Assembly (NCBI GenBank): GCA_900753305.1 | Contig: CAADYR010000031.1 | Coordinates: forward strand, 37,829-101,828 | DNA length: 64,000 nucleotides | Reading direction: 5' to 3' | Source of the DNA: Lachnospiraceae bacterium | Lineage (GTDB): Bacteria; Bacillota; Clostridia; Lachnospirales; Lachnospiraceae | Part shown: positions 30,648-41,115 of the stretch, in pieces | How positions within the stretch are numbered: position 1 is the stretch's first letter | Layout: every line of letters begins with the position of its first letter | The notes under the pieces: model-generated | Seen by the model: the letters and a program-made list of their open reading frames with translations, nothing else | Told to the model about the DNA's origin: nothing | Database searches by the model: none | Program-made: the position numbers and the translations under genes

Positions 30648-32358
30648 CAGAAGAATTGCCAGGATCAAAGCATCCATGGGTGAAGAAAAAGCCGAACTGG
30701 TTTTGAAAAATGCTACATACCTGAATGTTTTTACCAATGAATTCCTGCAGGGCGATATTGCAATTTCACAGGGCTTTTTCATAGGAATCGGCGACTATGA
30801 AGGCGATGAAGAAATAGACATGACAGGTAAGACGATTGTGCCGGGGTTCATTGATGGACATCTGCATCTGGAAAGTTCTATTGTATCGCCCGGACAGTAT
30901 GCGGCAGCAGTATTACCGCATGGAACGACAGCAATCGTTGCTGATCCACATGAGATCGGCAATGTATTGGGAGAAACAGGGATTGACTATATACTGGATG
31001 CTACGAAGAAATTGCCTCTTGATGTGTATATCATGATGTCATCCTGTGTGCCCGCTACACCTTTTGATGAGTCAGGTACGACGATCAATCATAAAATGAT
31101 CGCAAAATATCTGAAAAATGAAAGGGTACTTGGATTGGCAGAATTGATGAACTTTCCCGGGGTTATCCATACGGATCATGAGGTCATGAAGAAAATCCAG
31201 GTTACAATGAAAGAAGGCAAGATGATAGATGGACATGCACCTGGACTGACAGGTAAGGCACTGAATGCCTATGTTACAGCAGGTATTGGTTCAGATCATG
31301 AGTGTACCACAGCAGAAGAAGCTCTTGCCAAATTAAGACTTGGTCAGTGGATCATGATAAGGGAGGGGACAGCAGGCAAGAATCTTGAAAACCTGCTGCC
31401 ACTTCTGGATGCACCTTATTATTCCAGATGCCTTCTGGTAACTGATGACAAACATCCAGGCGAACTGGCAAGAGACGGACATATTGATTATATTATCCGC
31501 AAGGCGATCAGACTGGGTGCCAATCCGGCATACGCTTATCGGGCGGCTTCCTACAATGCCGCTGTATATTTCAATCTGGGCTCGAGAGGTGCTGTCTGCC
31601 CCGGATATCAGGCTGATTTTGTTGTACTGGATGATGTACAAGAGGTGTCTGTGCATTCCGTGTACAAGTGCGGTAAGTTGATCAGTAAAGAGGGTAAACT
31701 GGAAAAAGATGCAGCGAAACTGTTCAATAAGCAGGATCATGAGTTAATGGACAAATATGGTCGCAAACTTACCAATTCTATGAAAACCGGTAAAATCAGA
31801 CTGGAAGATATTACATTGAAGAAAAAGACGGAAAAGATCATAGGCTTGGTAGATGGGGAACTATTGACTACGGATGAAGGAGAAACAGCACAGATTGATG
31901 TGAGTAAGGATATCCTGAAACTGTGCGTAGTAGAGAGACATCATCATACCGGACATGTGGGCGTGGCTTTTGTAAAAGGTTATGGACTGAGGGAGGGAGC
32001 TGTGGCTACCTCTATTGCACATGATTCTCATAATATTATTGTAGCAGGTACGAATGATGATGACATTCTCTATGCGATACACAGGTTACATAAGCTGCAG
32101 GGTGGTATGGTAGTTGTGAAAGATGGCAAGGTGGTAGAAGAAATGGCATTGCCGATCGCGGGTCTTATGTGCGATATGCAGGTTGAAGAAGCACAACAGA
32201 GGATGGATGCTGTGAAGCAGGCTGCTTATGATCTGGGTGTAGGAAAAGGCATTGACCCTTTCATGACATTGTCTTTTGCAAGCCTGGCAGTAATCCCTAA
32301 ACTGCGGCTGACTACTTTGGGAGTAGTAGATGTAGATAAATTTGAACTTTTATCATAA
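30634..32358 (+). CDS. ade: Adenine deaminase
   Basis: PGFIDGHLHLESS, DPHEIGNV, DGHAPG, SDHEC, IAHDSHN. Confidence 0.96.
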   Translation: MNSFDRRIARIKASMGEEKAELVLKNATYLNVFTNEFLQGDIAISQGFFIGIGDYEGDEEIDMTGKTIVPGFIDGHLHLESSIVSPGQYAAAVLPHGTTAIVADPHEIGNVLGETGIDYILDATKKLPLDVYIMMSSCVPATPFDESGTTINHKMIAKYLKNERVLGLAELMNFPGVIHTDHEVMKKIQVTMKEGKMIDGHAPGLTGKALNAYVTAGIGSDHECTTAEEALAKLRLGQWIMIREGTAGKNLENLLPLLDAPYYSRCLLVTDDKHPGELARDGHIDYIIRKAIRLGANPAYAYRAASYNAAVYFNLGSRGAVCPGYQADFVVLDDVQEVSVHSVYKCGKLISKEGKLEKDAAKLFNKQDHELMDKYGRKLTNSMKTGKIRLEDITLKKKTEKIIGLVDGELLTTDEGETAQIDVSKDILKLCVVERHHHTGHVGVAFVKGYGLREGAVATSIAHDSHNIIVAGTNDDDILYAIHRLHKLQGGMVVVKDGKVVEEMALPIAGLMCDMQVEEAQQRMDAVKQAAYDLGVGKGIDPFMTLSFASLAVIPKLRLTTLGVVDVDKFELLS

Positions 32359-32361
32359 AAT

Positions 32362-32400
32362 AAAAGAAATAGCGACTTGATAAAGTTGCTGTTTCTTTTT
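32362..32400 (+). terminator. Intrinsic terminator after ade
   Basis: AAAAGAAATAGCGACTT / AAGTTGCTGTTTCTTTT. Confidence 0.75.
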
Positions 32401-32412
32401 ATATAGTAAAAC

Positions 32413-32442
32413 AAAAAGAGCACTGAATAATTCAGTGCTCTT
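32413..32442 (-). terminator. Terminator downstream of tRNA-Leu
   Basis: AAGAGCACTGAAT / ATTCAGTGCTCTT with a T-tract on the minus strand. Confidence 0.75.
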
Positions 32443-32444
32443 AG

Positions 32445-32527
32445 TGCCGGTGGCCGGACTTGAACCGGCACGGAGTTGCCCCCGGCAGATTTTGAGTCTG
32501 CTGCGTCTGCCATTCCGCCACACCGGC
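32445..32527 (-). tRNA. tRNA-Leu (anticodon CAA), CCA not encoded
   Basis: Minus strand GCCGGTGTGGCGGAATGGCAGACGC-AGCAGACTCAAAATCTGC, long variable arm, GCCGGTTCAAGTCCGGC-CACCGGCA. Confidence 0.97.
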
Positions 32528-32715
32528 ATCTCTTGACGACAAAAGTTATATTACCATAACTTTGTAATGAATGCAAGCTTTATTTTTAAAAATACTGTCA
32601 AAAAATAGTTTTAATTTAACTTTTAAAAAAGCTGAATATAGTGTATGATAGTATTAAATGGGCAGATAACATAATCAGTTGCATATCTGACCCGGAAATG
32701 AGGATTATAATTTAC

Positions 32716-35448
32716 ATGAGTAAGATTGTTTTAATAGATGGACACAGTATGTTAAACAGAGCTTTTTATGGCGTACCGGATCTGACGGATGCCAAGGGAC
32801 TTCATACCAATGCCATTTATGGCTTTTTGAATATATTATTTAAAATATTGGAAGAAGAGAAGCCCGAATATCTGACCGTGGCTTTTGACGTGCATGCACC
32901 GACATTCCGCCATGAAATATACAAGGAATACAAAGGTACCCGTAAGCCTATGCCGGAGGAACTTCGTCAGCAGGTTCCTGTCATGAAACAGGTATTGGAA
33001 GCTATGGGGGTTCAGATCGTAGAGAAGGCAGGACTGGAAGCAGATGATATACTGGGTACGATCGCAAAACGCTCTGAGTCAGAAGGAATGGAAGTTGCAC
33101 TTGTATCCGGAGACAGGGATTTGCTGCAGATCGCATCTGATCATATCAAGATCCGCATTCCAAAGACTAAAGGTGGCAAGACAGAGATAGAGGATTATTA
33201 TGCCAGTGATGTGGAGGCAGCTTACCATGTAAATCCTACACAGTTCATTGAATTAAAGGCTTTGATGGGAGATACTGCGGATAATATTCCTGGAGTTCCC
33301 AAGGTGGGAGAAAAAACCGCTACAGAACTGATGACCACATATGGTTCCCTTGATAATATTTATGCACATGTTGAAGAAATCAGCAAGAAAAGCATCCGTG
33401 AAAGTCTGATCGCCAACAGGAATCTGGCTGATCTGAGCAAAGTACTGGCTACGATTGAAACAAATGCTGATTTTGACTTTTCTTATGAAAAAGCACAACT
33501 TGGTAATCTCTATACACCGGAAGCATATCAGATGTTCAAACAGCTTTCTTTTAAGAATCTGTTAGGACGTTTTGAGTCAGCACCTGTGAAACAGGAATTA
33601 TCATATGAGATGATCGAAGTGCAGACCAGAGAGAAAGCGCAGGAAATTTTTGCACAGTGCAAAGAGAATGGATTGGCTGCATATCGCCTGATCCAGACCA
33701 GGGACAAGGAAGCAGGAAGCGTTGGTTCAGGCGCTTCAGGTCAGATGTTTCTGCAATTTGAGGAAGAGAAAGGTATTTTTGCCTGTGTTCTGACTTATGA
33801 AGATAACAAAGTATTCTGCCTTGAAGAAACAGATGCTCTTTCCAAAGAAGAGATTCTGAATGGATTGCGCAATATGATGCGTGATCAGCATGTCCTGATG
33901 GCATGTTTCGATGGCAAGCCTGATTACGCTGATCTGATCACAAAAGAGGATGATGCTGCATTATCGGCAGAAAAACTGACAGAGTATTTATATGACTGTA
34001 AGATTGCAGCGTATTTGTTAAATCCTTTAAAAAATGATTATGAGATCGTTGATGTGGCAAACGAATACCTGAATATAACGTTGGCAGACTGGAATGAACT
34101 GTTTGGCAAGGCAGATCTGACTACAGTATACAGAGAACAGAGACAGGAGTGTCTGGATTATTTTGCCAGAGAGGCAGCAGTATTACGTCAGGCGCAGCCA
34201 TTGCTGCAAAAGGCATTGGAAGAAAGTGGAATGTCCAGACTTTTCCGTGAACTGGAAATGCCTTTATCCTATGTCCTTTACTCCATGGAAAAGGAAGGAA
34301 TTCTGGTTAAACCGGAAGAACTGCATCTGTATGGAGAAGCCCTGAATGGCAGGATCGCAGAACTGGAGACGTCCATTCATGAGCAGGCTGGCGGCGAGTT
34401 CAATATCAATTCACCCAAACAGCTCGGAGAAGTCCTTTTTGAAAAAATGCAGATACCTGGTGGCAAAAAGACCAAGACAGGATATTCCACAGCAGCAGAT
34501 GTGCTGGATAAACTTGCACCGCAGTATCCGATCATCAAGGATATTCAGGAATATCGGGGACTGACCAAACTAAAATCTACTTATGCAGACGGACTGGCTG
34601 CTTATATTGGAGAGGACAGCCGTATCCATACGAATTTCAATCAGACGATCACTGCAACAGGCAGACTCAGTTCTACAGAACCGAATCTGCAGAATATCCC
34701 AATGAGAATGGAACTGGGAAGAAGGATCCGTAAAGTATTTGTACCGGATGAGAACTGTATCTTCATGGATGCAGATTATTCGCAGATCGAACTTAGAGTT
34801 CTGGCGCATATGTCCGGTGATGAACAGTTGATCGAAGCATATAAAATGGATGAAGATATCCATCGCATTACGGCATCCAAGGTATTCCATACACCTTTTG
34901 AAGAGGTAACAGACCTGCAAAGAAGGAATGCAAAGGCTGTAAATTTTGGTATCGTATATGGCATCAGTTCCTTTGGACTCAGTCAGGATCTCAGTATTTC
35001 TACGAAGGAAGCCAAGGGCTACATTGATGAATATTTTAAGACTTATCCGGGCATTAAGACTTTTTTGGATAAGCTGGTATCGGATGCAAAGGAAAAGGGT
35101 TATTGTGAGTCAATGTTTGGCAGACGCAGACCTGTACCGGAGTTGAAGTCTTCTAATTTCATGACACGTTCTTTTGGAGAAAGAGTTGCCATGAATTCAC
35201 CGATTCAGGGTACAGCAGCAGATATCATCAAAATAGCCATGCTGCATGTATATGATGCGTTGAAAGCTGCCGGATTACAGTCCAGACTGATCTTGCAGAT
35301 CCATGATGAACTTTTGATAGAGACTAGAGAAAATGAAGTAGAAGAAGTTCGCCGTATTTTATCAGAAGAGATGAAAAATGCCTGTCACCTGGCTGTTGAA
35401 TTGGAGATTGATCTTCATACTGGCAGTGACTGGTATGAAGCAAAGTAA
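32716..35448 (+). CDS. polA: DNA polymerase I
   Basis: LIDGHSMLNRAFY 5'-nuclease, GDTADNIPGVPKVGEKTA, ADYSQIELR, AKAVNFGIVYG, QIHDELL; start reassigned to 32716. Confidence 0.98.
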   Translation: MSKIVLIDGHSMLNRAFYGVPDLTDAKGLHTNAIYGFLNILFKILEEEKPEYLTVAFDVHAPTFRHEIYKEYKGTRKPMPEELRQQVPVMKQVLEAMGVQIVEKAGLEADDILGTIAKRSESEGMEVALVSGDRDLLQIASDHIKIRIPKTKGGKTEIEDYYASDVEAAYHVNPTQFIELKALMGDTADNIPGVPKVGEKTATELMTTYGSLDNIYAHVEEISKKSIRESLIANRNLADLSKVLATIETNADFDFSYEKAQLGNLYTPEAYQMFKQLSFKNLLGRFESAPVKQELSYEMIEVQTREKAQEIFAQCKENGLAAYRLIQTRDKEAGSVGSGASGQMFLQFEEEKGIFACVLTYEDNKVFCLEETDALSKEEILNGLRNMMRDQHVLMACFDGKPDYADLITKEDDAALSAEKLTEYLYDCKIAAYLLNPLKNDYEIVDVANEYLNITLADWNELFGKADLTTVYREQRQECLDYFAREAAVLRQAQPLLQKALEESGMSRLFRELEMPLSYVLYSMEKEGILVKPEELHLYGEALNGRIAELETSIHEQAGGEFNINSPKQLGEVLFEKMQIPGGKKTKTGYSTAADVLDKLAPQYPIIKDIQEYRGLTKLKSTYADGLAAYIGEDSRIHTNFNQTITATGRLSSTEPNLQNIPMRMELGRRIRKVFVPDENCIFMDADYSQIELRVLAHMSGDEQLIEAYKMDEDIHRITASKVFHTPFEEVTDLQRRNAKAVNFGIVYGISSFGLSQDLSISTKEAKGYIDEYFKTYPGIKTFLDKLVSDAKEKGYCESMFGRRRPVPELKSSNFMTRSFGERVAMNSPIQGTAADIIKIAMLHVYDALKAAGLQSRLILQIHDELLIETRENEVEEVRRILSEEMKNACHLAVELEIDLHTGSDWYEAK

Positions 35449-35502
35449 ATCTGCTCCAATTTTGAAGGAAGCATGAGCAGATACCGAGGAAAAAGAGCGA
35501 GT

Positions 35503-36099
35503 ATGAAAATTATAGGGATAACCGGTGGAGTTGGAGCCGGTAAGACACAGATATTAAAATATATAGAGGAACATTATAACAGCAGGATCATCCGGGCAGA
35601 TGAGGTGGCTCATCTGTTGGAGGAACCGGGGCATGAATGTTATCACAGGTTGATCGGACTTCTGGGGAAGGATATTCTGGATGCAGACGGCAATATTGTA
35701 AAAAGTGCAATGGCAGCTAAGATTTTTGCAGATGCGGGAACTCTGGAAAAAGTCAATGCTATCATACATCCGGAAGTAAAGAAGTATATTTTAGAGCAGA
35801 TCACTTTAGAACAAAAGGCAGACCATGTTGCATTTTTCTTTATAGAAGCAGCATTGTTAATAGAGGAACATTACGATGAAATCGTGGATGAGATGTGGTA
35901 TATCCACACGGATGAAGCGGTGCGCAGACAAAGGCTTGCAGTAAACAGACAGTACAGTGAAGAAAAGACGGAAAGTATTATAAGGGGACAGCTAAGTGAG
36001 GCAGAATTTCGCAGGCATTGCAGTGTCGTAATCACCAATAATGGAGATTTGGAGGATACCTATCAGCAAATTAATAATATAATGGGGGAATATGTATGA
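35503..36099 (+). CDS. coaE: Dephospho-CoA kinase
   Basis: IIGITGGVGAGKT, VNAIIHPEV, EAALLIE; follows polA. Confidence 0.93.
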   Translation: MKIIGITGGVGAGKTQILKYIEEHYNSRIIRADEVAHLLEEPGHECYHRLIGLLGKDILDADGNIVKSAMAAKIFADAGTLEKVNAIIHPEVKKYILEQITLEQKADHVAFFFIEAALLIEEHYDEIVDEMWYIHTDEAVRRQRLAVNRQYSEEKTESIIRGQLSEAEFRRHCSVVITNNGDLEDTYQQINNIMGEYV

Positions 36100-38183
36100 A
36101 TCAGGTAAAAATCTTTGGACAGGAAACAGTATTCGGACTGGATATTGGAACAAGAAGTATTGTAGGAACAATTGGCTACAGACAGGGGGAACGTTTCGTA
36201 GTTGTTGCACAGGAAATCCGTGAGCATCGGACCAGGGCTATGCTGGATGGACAGATTCATGATATTAACAGAGTCGCTGCAACGATCAGTGAGATCAAGG
36301 CAGCACTGGAAGAAAAGACAGGGCTGAATCTGACAGATGTCTGCATTGCTGCGGCAGGTCGTGTGTTAAAGACCATGAATGTGCACGTAGATAAGGAATT
36401 CGATACGGAGACAAGCATATCAAAAGAAGATATGAGCACTTTGGTATCAATGGGTGTGGAGCAGGCATTTACACAATTTCAGAAAGAAAATGACAGTGAT
36501 GTACATTTCTATTGTGTAGGTTATTCTGTGGTAAAATACTATATCAATGGCATGTGGATGGGGCAGCCGGAACATCATAAGGCAAAGACTTTGGGCGTGG
36601 ATATGATCGCTACTTTCCTACCGGATGATGTGGTAGATGGTCTGTATCGCGCTGTTGAACTGGCAGGACTCAAGGTTGCCAACATGACATTGGAGCCTAT
36701 AGCAGCAATCCGGGTAGCAATTCCTGAACGTTTCAGACTTCTTAATATAGCTATGATCGATGTGGGAGCAGGTACATCTGATATTTCTGTTACAAATGAT
36801 GGAAGTGTTATCGCTTTTGGGATGATTCCCTGTGCGGGTGATTCTTTGACAGAAATCATTGCACGTAAGTGTCTGATCGACTTTGCTACTGCTGAGAGAA
36901 TCAAGAAAGAGGCATCTGTTAAAGCTGAAATTGCATATGAAGATATTATGGGGCTGGAACAGACGATCACATCAGAGGAAGTATATGCTATCTGTAAACC
37001 ACAGATTGAGAAAATGGCTAAACAGGCAGCAGATGAAATCAGACGTTTGAACGGTGACATGTCACCGAGTGCTGTTTTCGTTGTCGGCGGCGGCGGTAAG
37101 ATCAAAGGATTTACAGAACAGATCGCAAAAGAATTGGAACTGGATCCGAAGAGAGTAGCACTTCGTGGGGAAGAAATCATGAATGATGTTGATTTCCCTT
37201 CGGATTGTCTGAAAGATTCAACGATCATTACTCCTGTTGGCATTTGCCTGTCATATTATGAACAGAATAATAACTTTATATATGTTATTTTCAATGGTAC
37301 ACGTATCAAGCTATATGATAACAATAAACTTGCAGTGATAGATGCTGCTATTCAGGCTTCTTTTGACAGAGAGAGCCTTTTCCCGAGAAGAGGAAAGGAA
37401 GTACATTATACAGTAAATGGAAAGAACCGTGTAACCAGAGGAGAATATGGGGAAAGCGCAACCATTACGGTTAATGGGGAAAATGTTGATATCAATCATG
37501 CAATCAAGGCAAATGATGAGATAATCATGCAGGAATCTACTCAGGGCAAACCTGCGCAGGTAAGAATCTCTGATCTGTTAGATTATCATGGTAAGATATC
37601 TGTGACTGTAGATGGACAGGAACTTATGCTTGCAAAGCCGATTAAAGTAAATGGCAGTGAGGAAACTTCTGATTATCTGATTCAGGAGGGTGATGAAGTA
37701 TCTATATACAGCTATTATACATATGAGCAGATGTATGACTATCTGAAGCTTAATTCAAAACAGAAATTAGCCATTAACGGACAGGAAGCAAATGGAGAAT
37801 CGGCAATTTATGCTGGCGATAAGCTGGAAATTCAGGTAAAAGAAGAAAAACAGACACAAATGCATGATATGAATGAACCTGAAAAAGAAGTTAAGCCAGA
37901 AACAGTTCAGGTATTTAAGGATATGGTGGAACAGGCAGCCAAAGAAGAGAAGCAGGAGGAAGAAACCATATCCGGTAATAAGAGTATTGTTGTGATCGCC
38001 AACCAGAGGCCTGTTACTCTGGCCGGCAAGGATTCCTACCAGTTTGTAGATATCTTTGATTATATTGATTTCGATACGAGAACGGTTAAAGGCAAAGGAA
38101 TTGTAACACGTGTCAACGGCGAAAATGCGCAGTATACGCAGCAACTTAAGGATGGAGATAAACTGGAAATTTTCTGGAAATAA
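36096..38183 (+). CDS. FtsA/PilM-like actin-fold ATPase with C-terminal ThiS/MoaD-like repeats
   Basis: FGLDIGTRSIVG, LEPIAA, IDVGAGTSD, VVGGGGK; tail repeats of VNG..L.dGD.leI. Confidence 0.8.
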   Translation: MNQVKIFGQETVFGLDIGTRSIVGTIGYRQGERFVVVAQEIREHRTRAMLDGQIHDINRVAATISEIKAALEEKTGLNLTDVCIAAAGRVLKTMNVHVDKEFDTETSISKEDMSTLVSMGVEQAFTQFQKENDSDVHFYCVGYSVVKYYINGMWMGQPEHHKAKTLGVDMIATFLPDDVVDGLYRAVELAGLKVANMTLEPIAAIRVAIPERFRLLNIAMIDVGAGTSDISVTNDGSVIAFGMIPCAGDSLTEIIARKCLIDFATAERIKKEASVKAEIAYEDIMGLEQTITSEEVYAICKPQIEKMAKQAADEIRRLNGDMSPSAVFVVGGGGKIKGFTEQIAKELELDPKRVALRGEEIMNDVDFPSDCLKDSTIITPVGICLSYYEQNNNFIYVIFNGTRIKLYDNNKLAVIDAAIQASFDRESLFPRRGKEVHYTVNGKNRVTRGEYGESATITVNGENVDINHAIKANDEIIMQESTQGKPAQVRISDLLDYHGKISVTVDGQELMLAKPIKVNGSEETSDYLIQEGDEVSIYSYYTYEQMYDYLKLNSKQKLAINGQEANGESAIYAGDKLEIQVKEEKQTQMHDMNEPEKEVKPETVQVFKDMVEQAAKEEKQEEETISGNKSIVVIANQRPVTLAGKDSYQFVDIFDYIDFDTRTVKGKGIVTRVNGENAQYTQQLKDGDKLEIFWK

Positions 38184-38216
38184 AAGCAGTTAGAATGTGA
38201 GGATGGTCAGACACCA

Positions 38217-39014
38217 ATGAAAATGTGCAGTATAGCAAGCGGAAGCAGTGGAAATTGTATTTACATAGGAACAGAGGCAACGCATCTGCTTGTTGATGTA
38301 GGTATCAGTTGTAAGAGAATCGTAGAAGGGCTGAATCAGTTAGGGTTAAAAGGTCAGGATATCGATGGAATCCTGATCACGCATGAACATGCGGATCATA
38401 TTAATGGACTGGGGGTAATAAGCCGTAAGTTTGGAATTCCTATTTATGCAACCCCGGGAACGATAAATGCGATCAAGCAGACAGGAAGTCTTGGAACAAT
38501 AGAGGATGAACTGTTTCATGAAGTACAGGCAGATGAGAAAATGATCGTTAAGGATATTACAGTAAATCCTATGAAAATTTCTCATGATGCAGCTCAACCG
38601 GTAGCTTACCGGTTCCAGTACGGAAGCAGAAGAATGGCGGTCGTAACGGATCTGGGTACGTATGATGACTATACGGTTGAAAGTTTAAAAGGTATGGATG
38701 CGTTAATGCTGGAAGCAAATCACGATATCAATATGCTACAGGTAGGACCTTATCCGTATTATCTGAAACAGCGTATTCTGGGTAAGAGAGGACATTTATC
38801 CAATGAACTTTCGGGTAAATTGCTCAGCCAGTTAATGCATGATAATCTGAAAGCAGTATGCCTTGGCCATCTGAGCAAGGAGAATAATCTGGTGGAACTT
38901 GCTTATGAAACAGTCAGATTGGAGATTTCCATGAGTGATAATCCGTATAAGCCGGATGATTTTCCGATTTTTGTAGCAAATCGAAGTGAATTATCACAAA
39001 TGGTTGAAATTTAG
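38217..39014 (+). CDS. YycJ/WalJ-like MBL-fold exonuclease
   Basis: IASGSSGNC, ITHEHADH, SHDAA, LEANHD, GHLSKENN. Confidence 0.9.
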   Translation: MKMCSIASGSSGNCIYIGTEATHLLVDVGISCKRIVEGLNQLGLKGQDIDGILITHEHADHINGLGVISRKFGIPIYATPGTINAIKQTGSLGTIEDELFHEVQADEKMIVKDITVNPMKISHDAAQPVAYRFQYGSRRMAVVTDLGTYDDYTVESLKGMDALMLEANHDINMLQVGPYPYYLKQRILGKRGHLSNELSGKLLSQLMHDNLKAVCLGHLSKENNLVELAYETVRLEISMSDNPYKPDDFPIFVANRSELSQMVEI

Positions 39015-39120
39015 CACATTATTATGTATGATGAAATAAGCACGTGCTTACATGTGCATATTTATACATGATATAACTGCGTTATGCAGTTAGGATCGTT
39101 CAAAGAAGGAGTCGCGAATT

Positions 39121-39393
39121 ATGAAGAAAACAATTATTACTGTCGTAGGAAAAGATACAGTAGGTATCATTGCAAAGGTTTGTACCTATTTAGCAGAAAA
39201 TCAGATTAATATTCTGGATATTTCTCAGACAATCGTTAACGATTACTTCAATATGATGATGATCGCTGATATGAATAAAGCACAGAAATCTGTCAGCGAA
39301 GTTTCTGATGATCTGGATAAGCTCGGAGAAGAAATCGGTGTTATCATCAAATGTCAGAGAGAAGAGATCTTTGACTCAATGCACAGAATCTAA
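39121..39393 (+). CDS. ACT-domain protein (UPF0237)
   Basis: [32 protein letters not shown]. Confidence 0.92.
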   Translation: MKKTIITVVGKDTVGIIAKVCTYLAENQINILDISQTIVNDYFNMMMIADMNKAQKSVSEVSDDLDKLGEEIGVIIKCQREEIFDSMHRI

Positions 39394-39424
39394 TCACAAG
39401 ATATTCAGAAGAATGGAGACTGTT

Positions 39425-40789
39425 ATGATTAATATATACGAAGTATTAGAAACGAATAAAATGATTGAGAAGGAGAATCTGGATGTCAGAACAATTACTC
39501 TGGGCATCAGTCTCCTTGACTGTATTGATTCCAATCTGGATCAGTTAAATGAAAACATTTATACAAAGATCAAGACAGTTGCCAAAGATCTGGTAGCGAC
39601 CGGAGAGGCAATTGAAAAAGAATTCGGGATTCCTATTGTAAATAAAAGAATTTCTGTAACCCCAATGGCATTGGTAGGTGGTTCAGCATGTAAAACATCT
39701 GAAGATTTTGTTACTCTGGCCAAGACAATGGACAGAGCAGCCAAAGAAGTAGGCGTAAATCTGATTGGCGGTTATTCTGCTTTGGTATCCAAAGGCATGA
39801 CGAAAGCAGACGAACTCCTGATCCGTTCCATTCCACAGGCTTTGCATGAGACAGAGAGAGTATGCAGTTCTGTTAACCTTGGTTCAACCAAGACCGGTAT
39901 CAATATGGATGCAGTCAGATTAATGGGAACTATTATCAAAGAGACTGCAGAGATCAGTAAGGATAATGACAGTGCAGACTGCATGAAACTTGTAGTATTC
40001 TGTAATGCACCGGATGATAACCCGTTTATGGCAGGTGCTTTCCATGGTGTAACAGAAGCCGATGCGATCATTAATGTTGGTGTCAGTGGTCCTGGTGTTG
40101 TTAAGACAGCATTAGAGAGTGTACGTGGTGAGAGCTTTGAAGTATTATGTGAGACAATCAAGAAAACAGCGTTCAAAGTAACCAGAGTTGGACAGTTAGT
40201 TGCACAGGAAGCATCTAAGAGAATGGGCGTTCCTTTTGGTATTGTAGATCTTTCACTTGCACCTACACCGGCTATCGGCGACAGTGTGGCAGATATTCTC
40301 TGTGAGATCGGTCTGGAATATGCAGGCGCTCCCGGAACAACAGCAGCTCTTGCTTTGCTGAATGATCAGGTTAAGAAGGGCGGTGTTATGGCATCCTCTT
40401 ATGTTGGTGGACTGAGTGGTGCATTTATTCCGGTCAGCGAAGATCAGGGTATGATCGATGCAGTACAGGCGGGTGCACTTACGATTGAAAAGCTGGAAGC
40501 TATGACCTGTGTATGTTCAGTAGGTCTGGATATGATCGCAATTCCGGGAGACACGAAGGACACTACTATTTCCGGTATCATTGCAGATGAATGTGCAATC
40601 GGTATGGTCAACCAGAAAACAACAGCAGTCCGTATCATTCCTGCAATCGGTAAGACAGTAGGGGATAAGGTTGAATTTGGTGGATTGTTCGGCTATGCAC
40701 CGATCATGCCGGTTAACCAGTTCTCCTGTGATGCTTTCGTAAACCGTAAAGGAAGAATTCCTGCACCAATCCACAGCTTTAAGAACTAA
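39425..40789 (+). CDS. UPF0210/DUF711 (PFL-family fold) protein
   Basis: [52 protein letters not shown]; start reassigned to 39425. Confidence 0.92.
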   Translation: MINIYEVLETNKMIEKENLDVRTITLGISLLDCIDSNLDQLNENIYTKIKTVAKDLVATGEAIEKEFGIPIVNKRISVTPMALVGGSACKTSEDFVTLAKTMDRAAKEVGVNLIGGYSALVSKGMTKADELLIRSIPQALHETERVCSSVNLGSTKTGINMDAVRLMGTIIKETAEISKDNDSADCMKLVVFCNAPDDNPFMAGAFHGVTEADAIINVGVSGPGVVKTALESVRGESFEVLCETIKKTAFKVTRVGQLVAQEASKRMGVPFGIVDLSLAPTPAIGDSVADILCEIGLEYAGAPGTTAALALLNDQVKKGGVMASSYVGGLSGAFIPVSEDQGMIDAVQAGALTIEKLEAMTCVCSVGLDMIAIPGDTKDTTISGIIADECAIGMVNQKTTAVRIIPAIGKTVGDKVEFGGLFGYAPIMPVNQFSCDAFVNRKGRIPAPIHSFKN

Positions 40790-40870
40790 TGTGCGTTTGA
40801 ACAGGGGCAATATGGCTCATTCTGGAAAAGGCAACTTTTTATAGCCTGAAAATAAAAGAAATAGAGATAG

Positions 40871-40908
40871 ATTCCTTAGTTAGAAAAAATCTAGCTAAGG
40901 AATTTTTT
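40871..40908 (+). terminator. Intrinsic terminator
   Basis: ATTCCTTAGTTAGA / TCTAGCTAAGGAAT plus TTTTT. Confidence 0.8.
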
Positions 40909-41115
40909 GCTTATTGTGGTATTAAAACTGTGGGCAATGGTATTTCTATTATAGATTTTAAATTCTCAGTTAATAAAATAATACCTGCACACTAAACTGC
41001 CAACACTAAGAAAAGTCACAATATTTTCATTGCAAGAAAATATAAGTATAATAAATGATATCAGAATATGAATACACATCGGATATCATTTATTGGAACA
41101 TGGAGGTGGGGAATA

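Noticed and set aside
32226..32576. 116-aa minus-strand ORF, and tRNA-Leu as an island attachment site
   Set aside because: The ORF is a shadow of the tRNA and ade; there is no integrase or duplicated tRNA 3' end nearby.
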